Assembly (NCBI GenBank): GCA_039621445.1
Contig: CP154954.1
Location: forward strand, 41,223,572-41,287,571
Reading direction: 5' to 3'
DNA from: Euglena gracilis
Taxonomy: Eukaryota
Length of the DNA: 64,000 nt
This document shows, piece by piece, positions 37,892-50,326 of this stretch; the first letter of the stretch is position 1; the number at the start of each line of letters is the position of its first letter. The position numbers were made by a program, and so were the translations under genes. The notes under the pieces were generated by a model. It saw nothing but the letters and a program-made list of their open reading frames with translations. It had not been told where the DNA came from and did not search any database.

Positions 37892-40800
37892 ACTCGGTCA
37901 CTGACCCAGTTTTTTCGTAATCCAGCAGAATTTTTCTGCCTGGTTCAGGTCCAGGTTGGTTCTGGGTTTTGGGTGATGAAATGGTTGGGGGGGTGTTGTG
38001 GACCTGTCCTGCCCCTTCCACTGGGTATTTGTTTGTAGAAACGGCCACCCTGGCCTTGGTATTGTTGGCCACCCTGGTCTTTGTTCCATCGGCCACCATG
38101 GCCATTGCTGTTGTGGCCGCCATGGCCCAGCTTGCTGCTGTGCCCTCCATGGCCAAGCTTGAACAAGCATTGGTGTAACTGGGATATGGGCCTCCATGGC
38201 CCTTGCCGTAGTGGCATGACAGCTGTCTTGGCTTTTGTGTCCTTCGGGTTTTTCTGACCACTGTCTGCCAAAGTCTGTGGCTGTCACTGGGTGGGTTTTT
38301 AGAAACTTTTTCTGGGGGGGATGGGACAGCCACGGATCGCCACGGTTGCACTGCGCCGTCAGGTCGTCCAGCTGTAGCGGCAGCCACTTCTTGTTGTTCA
38401 GTGATGCTCTTTTTCGTGTTGGCAATTGCATTTTTCATTGAAGTCTTGAAATTGTCAACAATTTCTGATTTTATATTCTCTACGAGCGTCAGCTTCCGGA
38501 TAATTTGATTGACTTAACTCTTTCAAATTCAATTGTCAAGGCTTGAATTGAAGTTCCTTTCTTCTGGGTGTCGAAGGGCAAATTAAGAATCAGCCAACTC
38601 TGACGAAAAAAAAGGCACTAAGCGGGACCTCCTAACACAGCGCAACGAGCAATCCGAACGACACCGCCGGCGAGCAAGGCAAAGTGCGGAGCCCGAGGTA
38701 TCAATCACACAACACCGCCGGCGAGCAAGGCATGGCCTCGCACGGTCTTTGTGCTTCGCCCTCGGTGTCCCTTCCTCCCTGGTCGGTATTCCTCGAGGGA
38801 GTACGATTCCGGGTCCATTTCATGGGTCGGTTTTTGGAAAGCCCGAGGGGGGGGTCTCATTCATGGCGGGCCCTTTTCATGGTTTTTTGATGGAAAAGCT
38901 TTCGCCCCTCCAAAATGTCCAAAAATGCCCCACAAAATACCATTTGTTGAGAAGCTCGGCGCTTCGCGCCTGACATGTAGGATAAAAATATACTGAATTG
39001 TGCGAAAGCTGTCTCAAAACGGCAGATTTGCTTACCAAATTTACAAAAATGTGCCATTTTCCAAAACTCTTGCAATTCGCGCTGGATGGGGGGGTCATAA
39101 ATAAGGTGGTGCATGTCATGTATTTTTTTGCTCGGACCGGCGAGGGGGTTTTGGGGGGGCGTTGATTTTTTTGGGGGGTTACCAAAACAGGTGGCGGTCC
39201 GCTGTGTAAAGAAAAATTGGCGCCTACTCCCACCCCACTGACAAACACGCTGCTCGCCCCCCCCCCCAATTTTTGCGCAGCAGATATAATAATAAGGTGG
39301 TTCGGGTTCCTAACCCTAATCCCCCTCTGTTTTATTCCCCGCAAAAAAAAATCCTAGACTCACTCTCATTATTGGTCTTACCCTTCTTTTTGGAAGGGGG
39401 AAAATGAAAGCTGCTAGGGACGTTTATTTCCGGACGCAAAGAGAACCCAAAAGAGCCCAAAAGCACTTTTTCTTGGGAATGGCGTTTTGACAAAACCTGA
39501 TGAAAATTGTTCATATTGGGGTTTCGGACTGATTTTTTGGGGGTCGGATTCTCACTATAAATTCCGCGGTCAATACATCCGTGGTATACAGGGTGGATTG
39601 GGGTCCCCCCAACTCACCCGTAGGCCCACCAAACAAACTGGGGACTAGAAACCCTGGTTTTTTTTATTTGCAGTTAAATTTTAAGATGATTTTCGCGTTA
39701 ATGCTGAGAATTTTTGTGGACAGTGCTTTTGGCGTCCTCATCCAAAGGGGTTTCCTTGCGCAGGGTATATCGTCAACCCGGAAGTTCCCCCACTCTCCCA
39801 AATCAGGAACTGCAGGCTTTGGGAAAGTTGGGAGGGGGTCGTTTCTGAAAATAGTGCTCGTGTGAAGATTTTTTGAGGGCACCTAGAGGCAGGCTTTTGT
39901 TTAAGGACCCCGGGGGGCACTGGCTAGCAAATCGGCTCAACGCTGGAATATAGTGGACTAGCTAGACCTAGGGGGGGTCTAGCTAGTCCACTATATCCAC
40001 CGTCTTTTTCCACTATATCCACCACAGTTTTTCCAGTTCCCTCGAACTGGAAAAACTTTTTACTGTGCGCCGGAGGGGAAATGAGGTTTTTAATAGGTTG
40101 AAGCTGAGTTTTTCCCAAAAAAATTTCCAAAAAAATGGCCATTTTTGGGGGTCCCAAAAATTTCAGCGCTGGGGGCCCCGGGGGGGGGGGGGTTCCGCGC
40201 CAGAGGCGCCGGGCATACCTTTTCGGCAAAAAGCGCCGAATTTTTTTTGGAAATTGCCTTTAACAGGCCCGATTTTGGGGTGTCCCCCCCCCTGGACCAT
40301 CCAATGGGGCATTAGAAGACTGGACCACTGACAGCTTCCTTTCCACTTGGGGTATTTTTGTGGATTTCGTGAAAACTGATTTTTGCTTTTTTTTTCTTAT
40401 TGTGTCATTCTTGGGGGGACCTGTGTTGCATGACGTTTTCTTTCGTTGGAGAAAATGATTTTCCCATGTCTCTGGCCAACATAATTTCGAACACCCTGGT
40501 TGGGTGGGGGACCCCCCCCTGGGGGTCTTAAAAAGAAACCTGAACCCCACCCTTCTTGAATGCCGACAACGCCCACCATTGAGAAAAAGCCCGCCAAAAT
40601 CAGGGGGAGTGATCCAATCAGGGTTTTTTTTAAGACCGGGGCCCCCACCCACCCACCCCCCTGGGGGGGGGAGGGGGTCCCGGTGGACCCACAAAAAATG
40701 GCCGAAAAATCGCGAAAAGTGCTAAAAACAGAATTTTTTCGGCGCCTGCGGCGCCGAAAAGGATATCCCACCCCCCTCCGGGGGGGACCCCCCCGGGGGG

Positions 40801-43800
40801 GGGGGGAGGGGTCAGGCGGACCCACCCACCCTCCCCCCCCTCCCCCCCCCGGCGGTCCAAACTTAAAAAAATCCCTGGATCCAATCTCATTCAGGGAAAA
40901 ATGTGGATCCCTGAGCACTTCCATTTGGGTTTTTTACAGATGGGAGGCCCCCCACCCACCCACCCTCTTGGGGAGGGGGGGCTGCCCCCAGGGGTACCCA
41001 ACCCACTTTCCCCGAAAGGACAAAAAACCTGCGAAAAATGCCAAAAATAGCACTTATTTCAAAAAAAAATTCGGCGCCGAAAAGTTGGTTCTGGGGGGAC
41101 TTCCCCCCCAGAACCAACCCCCCGGGGGGGAGGGGTTCGGCGGATCCACCCACCCTTCCCCCCCCCAGGGGTCCATAACTTAAAAAAAGCCCCTGATTTG
41201 GACAAACAAAATTGTGCCAATGTGCAGCTGTGGCGACAAATTTGCAGCACGAAAAGCTTTTCGTTGGACAGCCCCGGTGTCCAGCTTAAACCCTCCAAAA
41301 AAACATTACAATTCTTCCACACACTTGGACACAGGGTTCAATGGCACTTGCTCTTATCAAAAGTTTAAAAGTTTGGGATAATGGTGTGTATTTCACATTG
41401 AAGATACCTGACATTTTTCATTTATTTATCATAGTTTTTAATAATCATATTTCCTTTAATTTTTGTTAATATTATTAAACAAAAAAAACTGCGTGCGGTG
41501 CGATACAGCAACAACAACGCAGCGACACGTTGTTTGGACCTTTGGGGCATGAATTCCTTGTTGGCAACCAGGATGAATTCAAGCAACCTGGGGGGGGGAG
41601 CCGTGGACAAAAAAAAATGCTGTTCTGCCAAAAATGACAAAAATGCTGTTCTGGGCTTCCTGACGGGGGGGGGGTCGACCCCCCCATCCACCATCCACCA
41701 TGGCACCGCCCAAAGGAAACTCCCTTCCAAAGGCGCTGAAAGAACCCTAACCCTAAAATTGGCGCCTCCAAAAGCACAAGCAGGGGTGGTGGGGCCCCAC
41801 CCACCTCCCATGGGATTGGGGGGATTACCACACAGCTGGTGCCTTGGGCTCCGGAATGGCCTTGGCCGAGTGCCCAAGCACTCCCCCCCCAGGTCAGAAA
41901 ACCACTCAACAGGCACAAACACATCACAACAAAAAGTTGCCGATAAACCAAGGATCCCTGTTTTTTTTACCCCATTGATGAAAGGCCACAAAGACTGGAG
42001 AAATTTTGGGGCAAAGACTGACCAGTGGTGTTTGCTTCTTTGAGTCCATTTGGAATGTGAAATAATTCCGTGTTCACAGACCATTTTTGGGAATGATGCT
42101 GGAGCTGACAAAAGCACCAAAAAGCCCCCCCCCCCCCAAAGGCCCATGTGGTGTTGCGTTGTGGATGTGGATACGGATCGGCTCACTTGCGGCCTGGAGG
42201 CCAGGCGGGCTGTTGGAGTCAACCACATTGGGGGGGGGGGGGGGGCAGCATCAACCCTTCCCCCATTTTGAACCCCTATGCGAAACACCCGTTTGCTTGA
42301 GCGGCCGAAGGGGCGGGGTTGACAAAAGAACTGCCCTCGGGGCGGTTTTGGGGCATTGTGGCCCCAAAAAAACCAAATCCTGTCGCATATTTTTTAGGAG
42401 GGTGACCAATGCTCCAAAAATGCCATACTCGATGAATTTTGGCATTTTGACAAAATTTTGGCTCAGGTTTGTTTGGGGGATTTCGATCCATGGTCGATGA
42501 CCCCCTCCAGCTCGTTTTTATTCGCCAGTGCGGGGGGAGTTGTGAAGCGTCCAAATAAAAGCTTTCCTGGCAGGTTGTGAGAAGCGGGATGCTTTTTTTA
42601 AATGTGTTAGGGGGCTCAGGCCCCCCAAAACACGATGCGGAAAATATGCAAAGGGACTGAATATGCAAAACAGACAAACAAACCAGCATGCAGGTCAGGG
42701 CATGCATGTCAGCAGGGAAACTCCCAAAAACTAAACCCACCAGACCACCTTCACCCCCTTTTAAAAAAGGCTGTCCCACAAGAACATGTTATAGTCATCA
42801 TAAGCCCCAGAGAATATGCATGCAACGTGCACACAACGCACAACACACACGCACACCCACCCACACCTCCACCCACCCACAAACTGACACACACACACAC
42901 CCACCCGCCCACCCACCCAAACACACACAACTGCTATTTGCAATCCAAAAGCCCAGCCCTGGCCCAGGTGGCTGTCAGCAGCTCCAGTCATTGGCCCCAG
43001 CCAAAACCAAGGCCAACGTCAGAGGGGGCCATGTTGGCAAAATTGTGGGGGTCATTCAATCCGGGGGGGATTGGGGTTGGGGGGAACTCAATCCCAACAA
43101 TGATTTTTAAAATAACTCTGCTCACACACGACGCTCTGACACTGCACCCACACCGCACCTTCGCCACCCACCCCATGGCCAGGCCACCTGGGCGTTGCAC
43201 AATGCCGCTGTCGCCGCCATCAAAACCAACGCAACGGCATCCACCTCCCCGTCTGGGGGCCACCCCCGCACATGACTAACCTCTCGGCACTGCAGTGGAC
43301 CGGGGCCGGGACAGGCTGGCCCGGGGCCTCACACACACCCCTTGCCACAGCAGTGCCGAGGGCAACACGGAGCGAATGCGGCGGAACGCAACGTCCCCTG
43401 TGAGGAAGGAACGCAAAAAAATACAACTTGTGAAAGGCAAAAATGCAAAATTCCTCGGGCGCTCCCAGGGGCACCCTGGGCTCCAGCATGCACCCCATGG
43501 AACCCCCAGTTCCGGGCACTGGTGGGTGGGTGGGCCACCCCAAGGGTCTTACAAGGCCTGGGTTTAAGCTGGAGGGAGCGGTGGTTTTCTCTTGAGCAGG
43601 GGGGGGGGTAGATTCCTTTAGGAGCTCCCCAGGGTTGTACGCAGGCTCATTTTTAAGACAACCCACCTTAAAAACTCAGCCCCCACCCACCCAGCCCAGT
43701 GCGGGACCCCCCCCCACTGGGAGGGTCCCAGGCTGGAGGCCTGAGCAGCCCCACGGGGGGGGGGTGCTGGGGACAGTCCCCCATAGCACCCCATCCTGAC

Positions 43801-44333
43801 CCGGGGGGGGGGGGGTCCAGCCCCAGTCTTCTGACTTAAAAAGAAGACTGGGGGTACGCTTTTCTGCTGGAGAAGACATAAAACACGTTGACCTCCTCTG
43901 AAAAATTACTTTCACTTTGCACAAGGTTTGTTTGCAATACATGTTTTGGACAATTGTTGGATGAACAAAAAATGTCTTAACCAAAAACGCCACACCAAAA
44001 CAAAAGTGCACATTTACAAAATGCCACGGTTGGTTCACCCAGGTTCAATGCTGTAATTGTGAGTTTGGTCCCAAAATGTGTTGTATGCACATGTCTGTCC
44101 AAACACACTCCAAGAGAAATTCAGGGGGGAAATGGCCAAAAAAGCCATATTTTGGGGGAAACCGGTTGACATGAGGTCTGGTTTTGTTGCTCCATCGTGA
44201 AGACTGCCAAACCCTCAAAAAATGGGTTCTGCAAATACGACCCCATTCGAAACCCAATTCAGCCTTTTGCCAGCCCTTGGGCAGGCGAGAGATCCCAAAG
44301 CAGAGGACCTTGACGAGAAAAAAAAGGAAAAAT
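37706..44333 (+). repeat. Long direct repeat, copy 1 (6628 bp)
   Basis: Matches 54887-61302; identical ORFs offset by 17181 at the left end and ~16969 at the right end. Confidence 0.97.
40619..40877. mobile_element. Non-autonomous TIR element (hAT-like MITE)
   Basis: Ends CAGGGTTTTTTTTAAG-like / CTTAAAAAAATCCCTG; 8-bp TSD GATCCAAT at 40611-40618 and 40878-40885. Confidence 0.83.
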
Positions 44334-44541
44334 GGGAGCCTCAGGCTAGTGGGAGGCAGATGTCTCACTCGTTATCGGAATCAACCAGACAAATCACTCC
44401 ACCAATCAGGAGCGGCCATGCACCACCGTCCACAAGATCAAGAAAGAGCTCTCAATCTGTCAATCCCAGTTGCGTCCTGACCTGGTAACATTCCCCGCGT
44501 TGAGTCAAATTAAGCCGCATACTCCACGCCTTGTGGTGCCA

Positions 44542-44575
<34 letters not shown>

Positions 44576-46105
44576 AGTACTCCCCCCTGAACCCACAGGC
44601 TGTGGATTTCTCGTTGTGGGAGGAGTGGCCCTGACAGAGTCTAGGATTCTTGCTCTGCCAAGGCCTGGCCGGCATCGTTTACAGTGGCCGGACTACGACG
44701 GTGTCTGATCATCTTTGCTCCCCGAACTCTCATTCTTGATCGACGGACGTGCACTTGCAGAACGCCTTCGCTGCAGTGGATCTGGCAGCGATCTAAGAAT
44801 TTCACCTCTGGCGCTCCCGTATCTTTCACCCCGAACAGTCCCATCACTTACGATCGATGGGTGCAAGCTGCAGGGACAGGGGACGAAGCCTGACGAGACC
44901 CGAAGGCCAGGCAGGGCAACGATCCTGTTGATCCTGCAGGAACACACCACCAGGTTGTCCAGAGTGGGCCCCAAGGCCAGCACAACTCCAATGCCACACT
45001 TGGTCGATGCCTTGACATTCCATGGATGGACATTCAGCCGTCGCGGGGATGCTTTGAGCACACTGAGTTTTCCAGGGTGTCGAAGACGGTGGGCTCCGGT
45101 GGTGGACCAGAGGTAGACTACCCAGCTCGAGGCTGGGTCCCCTGTTGGTGTCCGTTGCCAGTGCGGGAGGCATAAACCGCTTTGGCCTGCAGTGAAGCAG
45201 ACTTTTGGCAGGAGCAGATCTCACCATCGACTGAGAGGTGGGCGCAGGGACGTACCACTGGGGGTTGAGTCCAGCCGTTGCAGCCCAACACAGGGTCGAA
45301 CCGAGGTCCTTCCCTGGCCAGAGAAACAACAAACCGGCCACCCAGCAGACCTGCAGCCCGTAGGCAGACTACAAGTGTTTTAACAGCAGCAATGTTAGTA
45401 TACGCCCTCGGAGCTGGAATTACCGCAGCTGCTGGCACCAGACTTGCCCTCCGGTTGATACTCACGGCTGTCTTTGGATAGCGTCCATTCCAAGCCCCAT
45501 CGGCACGTAAGGCCGACGGGGTTGCTACTGTTCGTCGCTGCCTCACAGACTGTCTTTGCATGGGGCAATTTGCGTGCCTGCTGCCCACCTTGGTAGTGGT
45601 AGCCGTCTCTCAGGCTCCCTCTCCGGAATCGAACCCTGATTCTCCGTTACCCGTCAAGGCCACTGTGGTCCGATACACCACAGTCAAGCTGATAGGTCAG
45701 AAGCTCTTGCGATCAAGTGGGGCATGCACGAGGCATGCACGAAATCCACCAGCACTGCGGCCACGGAGGGCCAGCCTGAGTCAACCATGCCAACACACTG
45801 GCCTTGCGGCCGCTGGTCTTCGTATCAGCTGGGCATACATCCGCCACCACCGGTGAAGGGACTGTCCGGAGACAGGATATCCCTGCCGAGTGTTGCATGG
45901 CTGACTGGGTCGAACGTGTATTAGCCACAAGGTTTTGGTGGATGTCCAATGGGGTCCTTGCAGGTGGACCGAGCACACTCTATCACGTAGATGACTGCTG
46001 ATGTAAGAAGCCATTCACAGATCCACTGTCACTCCGTTTGCGCTGAGACGTGCATGGCTTAGCCCTTGAACAAAGCATATGACTGCTGGCAGGATCAACC
46101 AGATT
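44334..46105 (-). rRNA. SSU (18S/19S) rRNA, 5' ~1.77 kb, truncated at the 3' end
   Basis: Starts AATCTGGTTGATCCTGCCAG at 46105; contains GTGCCAGCAGCTGCGGTAATTCCA, AAACTTAAAGGAATTGACGG, GATAACGAGTGAGAC; euglenid-type expansions; breaks off into the genomic repeat at 44333. Confidence 0.97.
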
Positions 46106-48349
46106 CGTCGGTCCGTTCCCAGCATTCCCCCCCTTGCAGGGGTTCCTGCCGAAAAACCAGACGACATTCACAACACGGCAACGTTAGCCTGGCCTTGCAG
46201 TCCCCTCTCGTAGCTCACGTAGACACGTAGACACGAGAGGGGAGGCCTGATTTCGTCTCACATCACAACGGTTCACTGATTTGCACTGCTCAATCCGAGG
46301 CTCTCACAGAGGGGGCCCTGACGGTGGAGCCCGGTCAACACATCGACATCGTTGGTGGCTCGATTGGGTGAAGCTTCGACACACCGTGGGGTTCCCCTGG
46401 CCCCGAGACACTAGACCATCGACCATCGACGTGAAGCCCAGGCTTCTCACACACAGGTTCCCTTGGCTGTTGGCTCTAGCAGACTGCTTCGGCCCCGTGG
46501 GGCTTGCTCTCTCTTCGAACACAATCCTCCGACTGATCGGTCTCTGTTGTTGCTTTGGGTCGATGCCAGCTTTCGTTGACAGCAAGCACAACGTTTCGAA
46601 TGGAGATTCCAGCTGTTGGTTGGTCGGCGGAGGCTGTGCAGAAGACAGCCTCGACACCGGGCTCACGATGGCAGTCCGTACACTCTCCCATGACTCGACG
46701 TGACGTTTGGCCTGATCCTGAACGGATCCCAGCTGCTCGTTGCCTGGAGGGGGGTCAGTCCATGCTCTGCCCCGTTGCTCTCACGTTCCCTTAGCTGCAT
46801 TTGCTCGTGGAGTCAGGCCAACACGTCACGGAATCGAATGGTAGAGCTCGAACACAGATCCATCGGTGCCTTGCCAGGGAGGGATTGGGGTTGTGTTGAA
46901 GTCTCCCCACCACTCCGTCCGGCTAAGGTCCCCACCTCGTAGAGTGGGCCTTCCGTCGTTTGCTGCTTTGACTTGTATCCCGGGGGGTCAGCTACCCCGG
47001 TCCCGACTTTGCCTGCTCCCGTCGGTCGAGTCACAGTCCAACAAAGCATATGACACGATCGTTCACCGTTGCCTGCAATGACGGTGCCTGCTGGTTGATG
47101 GAATTACCGAGCCGCTGGTGCTTTGAAGCACCTTCACAGTGGAACCACTGTCCGGAGACAGTGGTCCACAACCTTGACCACGGCAGGTTAGGCCGGCTAC
47201 CCTGTCCTGCCCTCTCCCCACAGCCGGGTAGCTTGCTGTGGGCCGAGTGGCCGTGGCAGGACATTTGCAGCAGCATTGCACCATCATTCAACTGGTTGTC
47301 AGCCATTCCAAAGTGATCTCCTGGTCAGCACTCCAGGTTTGCCACAATATCCACACAGACGTCTCGGCCAGGAAGCTGCATCCTGCTTAGCCCTCTGAAC
47401 TGGTCTTCCTGTCCGGAGACAGTCGAACAAAGCATATGACACGGTCGTTCACACGGTTGCCTGCTGGTTGATGGAATTACCGAGCCGCTGGTGCTTGAAG
47501 CACCTCCACGGTGGAACCACTGTCCGGAGACAGTGGCCCACGACCTTTGGCCACGGCAGGTCCAGGCCGGCAGCCCTTGCACCCCTGTCCTGCCCTCCCA
47601 CAGGCCGGGCTGCTAGCCTGTGGGGTGATAGGCAGGACACTCACTTGGGGAACACTGCTCACGGAGCACACCGTCACTGCACAGCTGTCGGAGCACAGCT
47701 GTCGGAGCACACCATTCCACGCCGGCCAGGAAGCCGTATCTTGTTACCACCTTTCAGTGCCGTTCCACTGCCTCTGAAGCCTTTCGGCAGTGGCCCCCTG
47801 GTCAGCCTCCTGATTTGCCTCTCATGCGTTTCCGGGGGGGGGGTTCCCCCTATTATATAACGTCCGCAGGCTGTATCCATCTACACTTTTCTGTCGGGCC
47901 GACTCTGAATTTGGACATTTTTTCCCTGATACAGTACTACTGTATCAGGGAACGTCCAATTCAGCGAAGCCGACAGCACCAGCACTTCGGGCCCCCAGAA
48001 ACCCGACTGCATCCAGACTTTGACGGGACTTCAATGGCAGATCTCGGGAAATCCACCGAAGTGGAATTTCTCTAAGTCGACACTACTGAACTTTCCAAGG
48101 GGATCGGAATCCTCGGTTGTTGTTGTGTGCCTCCCTTCACACAGCTGGCCTGAGACACAGGCCTTGGCCTTTGGTGGTTGCTGCAGACCACCGAGAGGCC
48201 CCCTTCCATCAGCAAGCTGCAGGGGCCCCTCTCACCACCCACTCTGTCAGGTCGGCCCCAGCAGGGGCAGCCGAAGCCACTCCCTGCAGAAGCCCGGCCT
48301 TGGAGCTCAACGGATCGGACAACACAATCGACTGGTCGGATGATGGCCA
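46106..48349 (-). other. rDNA intergenic/external transcribed spacer
   Basis: Lies between LSU 3' end and SSU 5' end; contains two ~195-bp repeats 386 bp apart and a 31-bp palindrome; LSU-side boundary approximate. Confidence 0.8.
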
Positions 48350-49337
48350 CACTTTGCTGTGTCCTTCCCTGATCGGTGCTGGTATAACCTCTGAACACTT
48401 ACACTCGCCGCAGATCCAGCCTGGTCTGGGCGGGGTGTTGGGTCGACACACCCCGTTGACTGTTGGCTCTAGCTGGTGGGATCGATGATGCTCTGCCTTC
48501 GTTGCACACGCCTTGCACAAAACCGTCACTCTCTGTTTTCGGCTTCAGTCAGGCTGCAGCCCACCGAGGGCAAGCCTGCTGGGATGCTTCACCCGGAGCA
48601 CAACAACCGTGTTTGGTCTCTGTTTGTCCGACCGGCAGGAGGCTTGCAGCCTGCCCACTCAATGTTGCCATCTCGCAGGCCTGCACACCACATCCGGTGC
48701 CGGCAATCACTCCGGAAGACACTTGACGCACAGGCTTCACACGACGATGGTCACACTCTCCAGACAGTCAATGCTCAGCTGTGGCCACTTGCTTTGCCAG
48801 TTCAGATCCAGTTGGTGTTGGCGCAGACCCAGAAGGGTACTGCTCTGCCTCGATGCTCCACAGATGTCCCTTCGGTTGTTGGCTGTCGGGATGGGCAGCT
48901 TGCAGGAACTTGCCTTGGGGTTGCACACGCCTCGTCGGCAGGGGTTGCTCCACTTGGAGAATTGCACACACTGATTCACCTGGCTGGTTCAGCCCACAAA
49001 CACAACGGGTTGGCCGTTCAGGCATGCTGTAGGCCTGGTCTCGGATTCAGGCTTAAGATGCGTCCAGTCAGTATCCGTCACTTGGTAGCTTCACTACACC
49101 AGTCGCTCGACTCACGGTGGAAACCAGGGGAGTGCCACAAGGGTTCCTCTCGTACTACCATGTGATGCCATTGTCACGCCCATCGCACTGGGAGACGATA
49201 CACTTCACCCTCCGGAAGGGGTTCGGAGGCTGTGGTGTGGGAGAGGCTTCACTCTGGTGGCCCACAACAACAGCTCCTGGCCCCCGGGGGCTGCAGTAAA
49301 CTACGCACAGGTTGCTCTGTCTGTGGCAGGAGGGTAA

Positions 49338-49381
<44 letters not shown>

Positions 49382-49430
49382 GTTGGTGGGTGAACAATCC
49401 AACTCTTCCACTCGGCTGCGGGTGGGAAGC

Positions 49431-49462
<32 letters not shown>

Positions 49463-50265
49463 GACGTCGCTTTGAACGCTTGGCAGCCACAAGCCAGTTA
49501 TCCCTGTGGTAATTTTTCTGACACCTCTGGCTTCGATATCCAGAATTCGCACACTTGACCAAAGGATCGTTAGGCCACGATTGCACGTTTCGGACTCGTA
49601 CTGAGAGTCGCAGCATCAGCAGCACCTTTGGCCTTCTCCTCCCTGGGAGATTTCTGTTCTGCCTGAGCAATGCTTCAGGACGCCTTCGTTGTGTTGTAAA
49701 AGGCGTGCCGCCCCAGCCAAACTCCCCAACTGATCGATGTTTCGAGACTGCTGATCGGACTGTGACACGTCCAGAGTCGTCCACAACAGAGACTGCTGCA
49801 GACTTGGTGCATGAATCGGGGAAAGCCACGATCCCACCACAAGGGCAGGGTCGATGTCCAAATGGCCACCGCTCTCTTGCAACTCGATGAGTAAAACAAC
49901 GGTGAAGGTAGTGGTATTTCACTGCAGGCTCGCACCAGATTATCTCTTGGCGTGGGTCAGCCAGCACTCCGAAGAGAGAGGCCTCACCATTGCCGTCTCC
50001 AGCACACACAACTGACCGTAGGGCAAGCCCTTCTCCACTCGGGGTTGTTGCCTTAGGCAGTCGGTGGCCTTCGTTGGTGGCACTCACCTCCCACCTATGC
50101 TACGCCCCACATGTTGTTGCACAGTATCAAACTAGAGTCAAACTCAACAGGGTCTTCTTTCCCCGCTGACACATCCAAGCCCGTTCCCTTGGTTGTTGGT
50201 TCACCAGACAGCGACTAGGGACAGCAGGAATCTCGTTGATCCATTCATGCGCGTCAATAATTGGT

Positions 50266-50326
<61 letters not shown>

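Larger units (their letters stand above)
34718..38805 (-). mobile_element. DIRS-like tyrosine-recombinase retrotransposon (gag-RT-RNase H-MT-YR), frameshifted
   Basis: RT motifs AKIDLKDAYFQI and FIYLDDIL (37337-37891); RNase H HINVKELSA..VDNQV..WVPS; methyltransferase-like DLFAS.GN.KLP.F...YAN; YR GAH(P)TRG...GQW...FTAHYQR (35203-35583); ~68-bp inverted terminal repeats flanked by ATT. Confidence 0.88.

Noticed and set aside
39310-41756. Telomeric CCCTAA repeats at ~39310 and ~41745
   Set aside because: Only about two units each; expected by chance.
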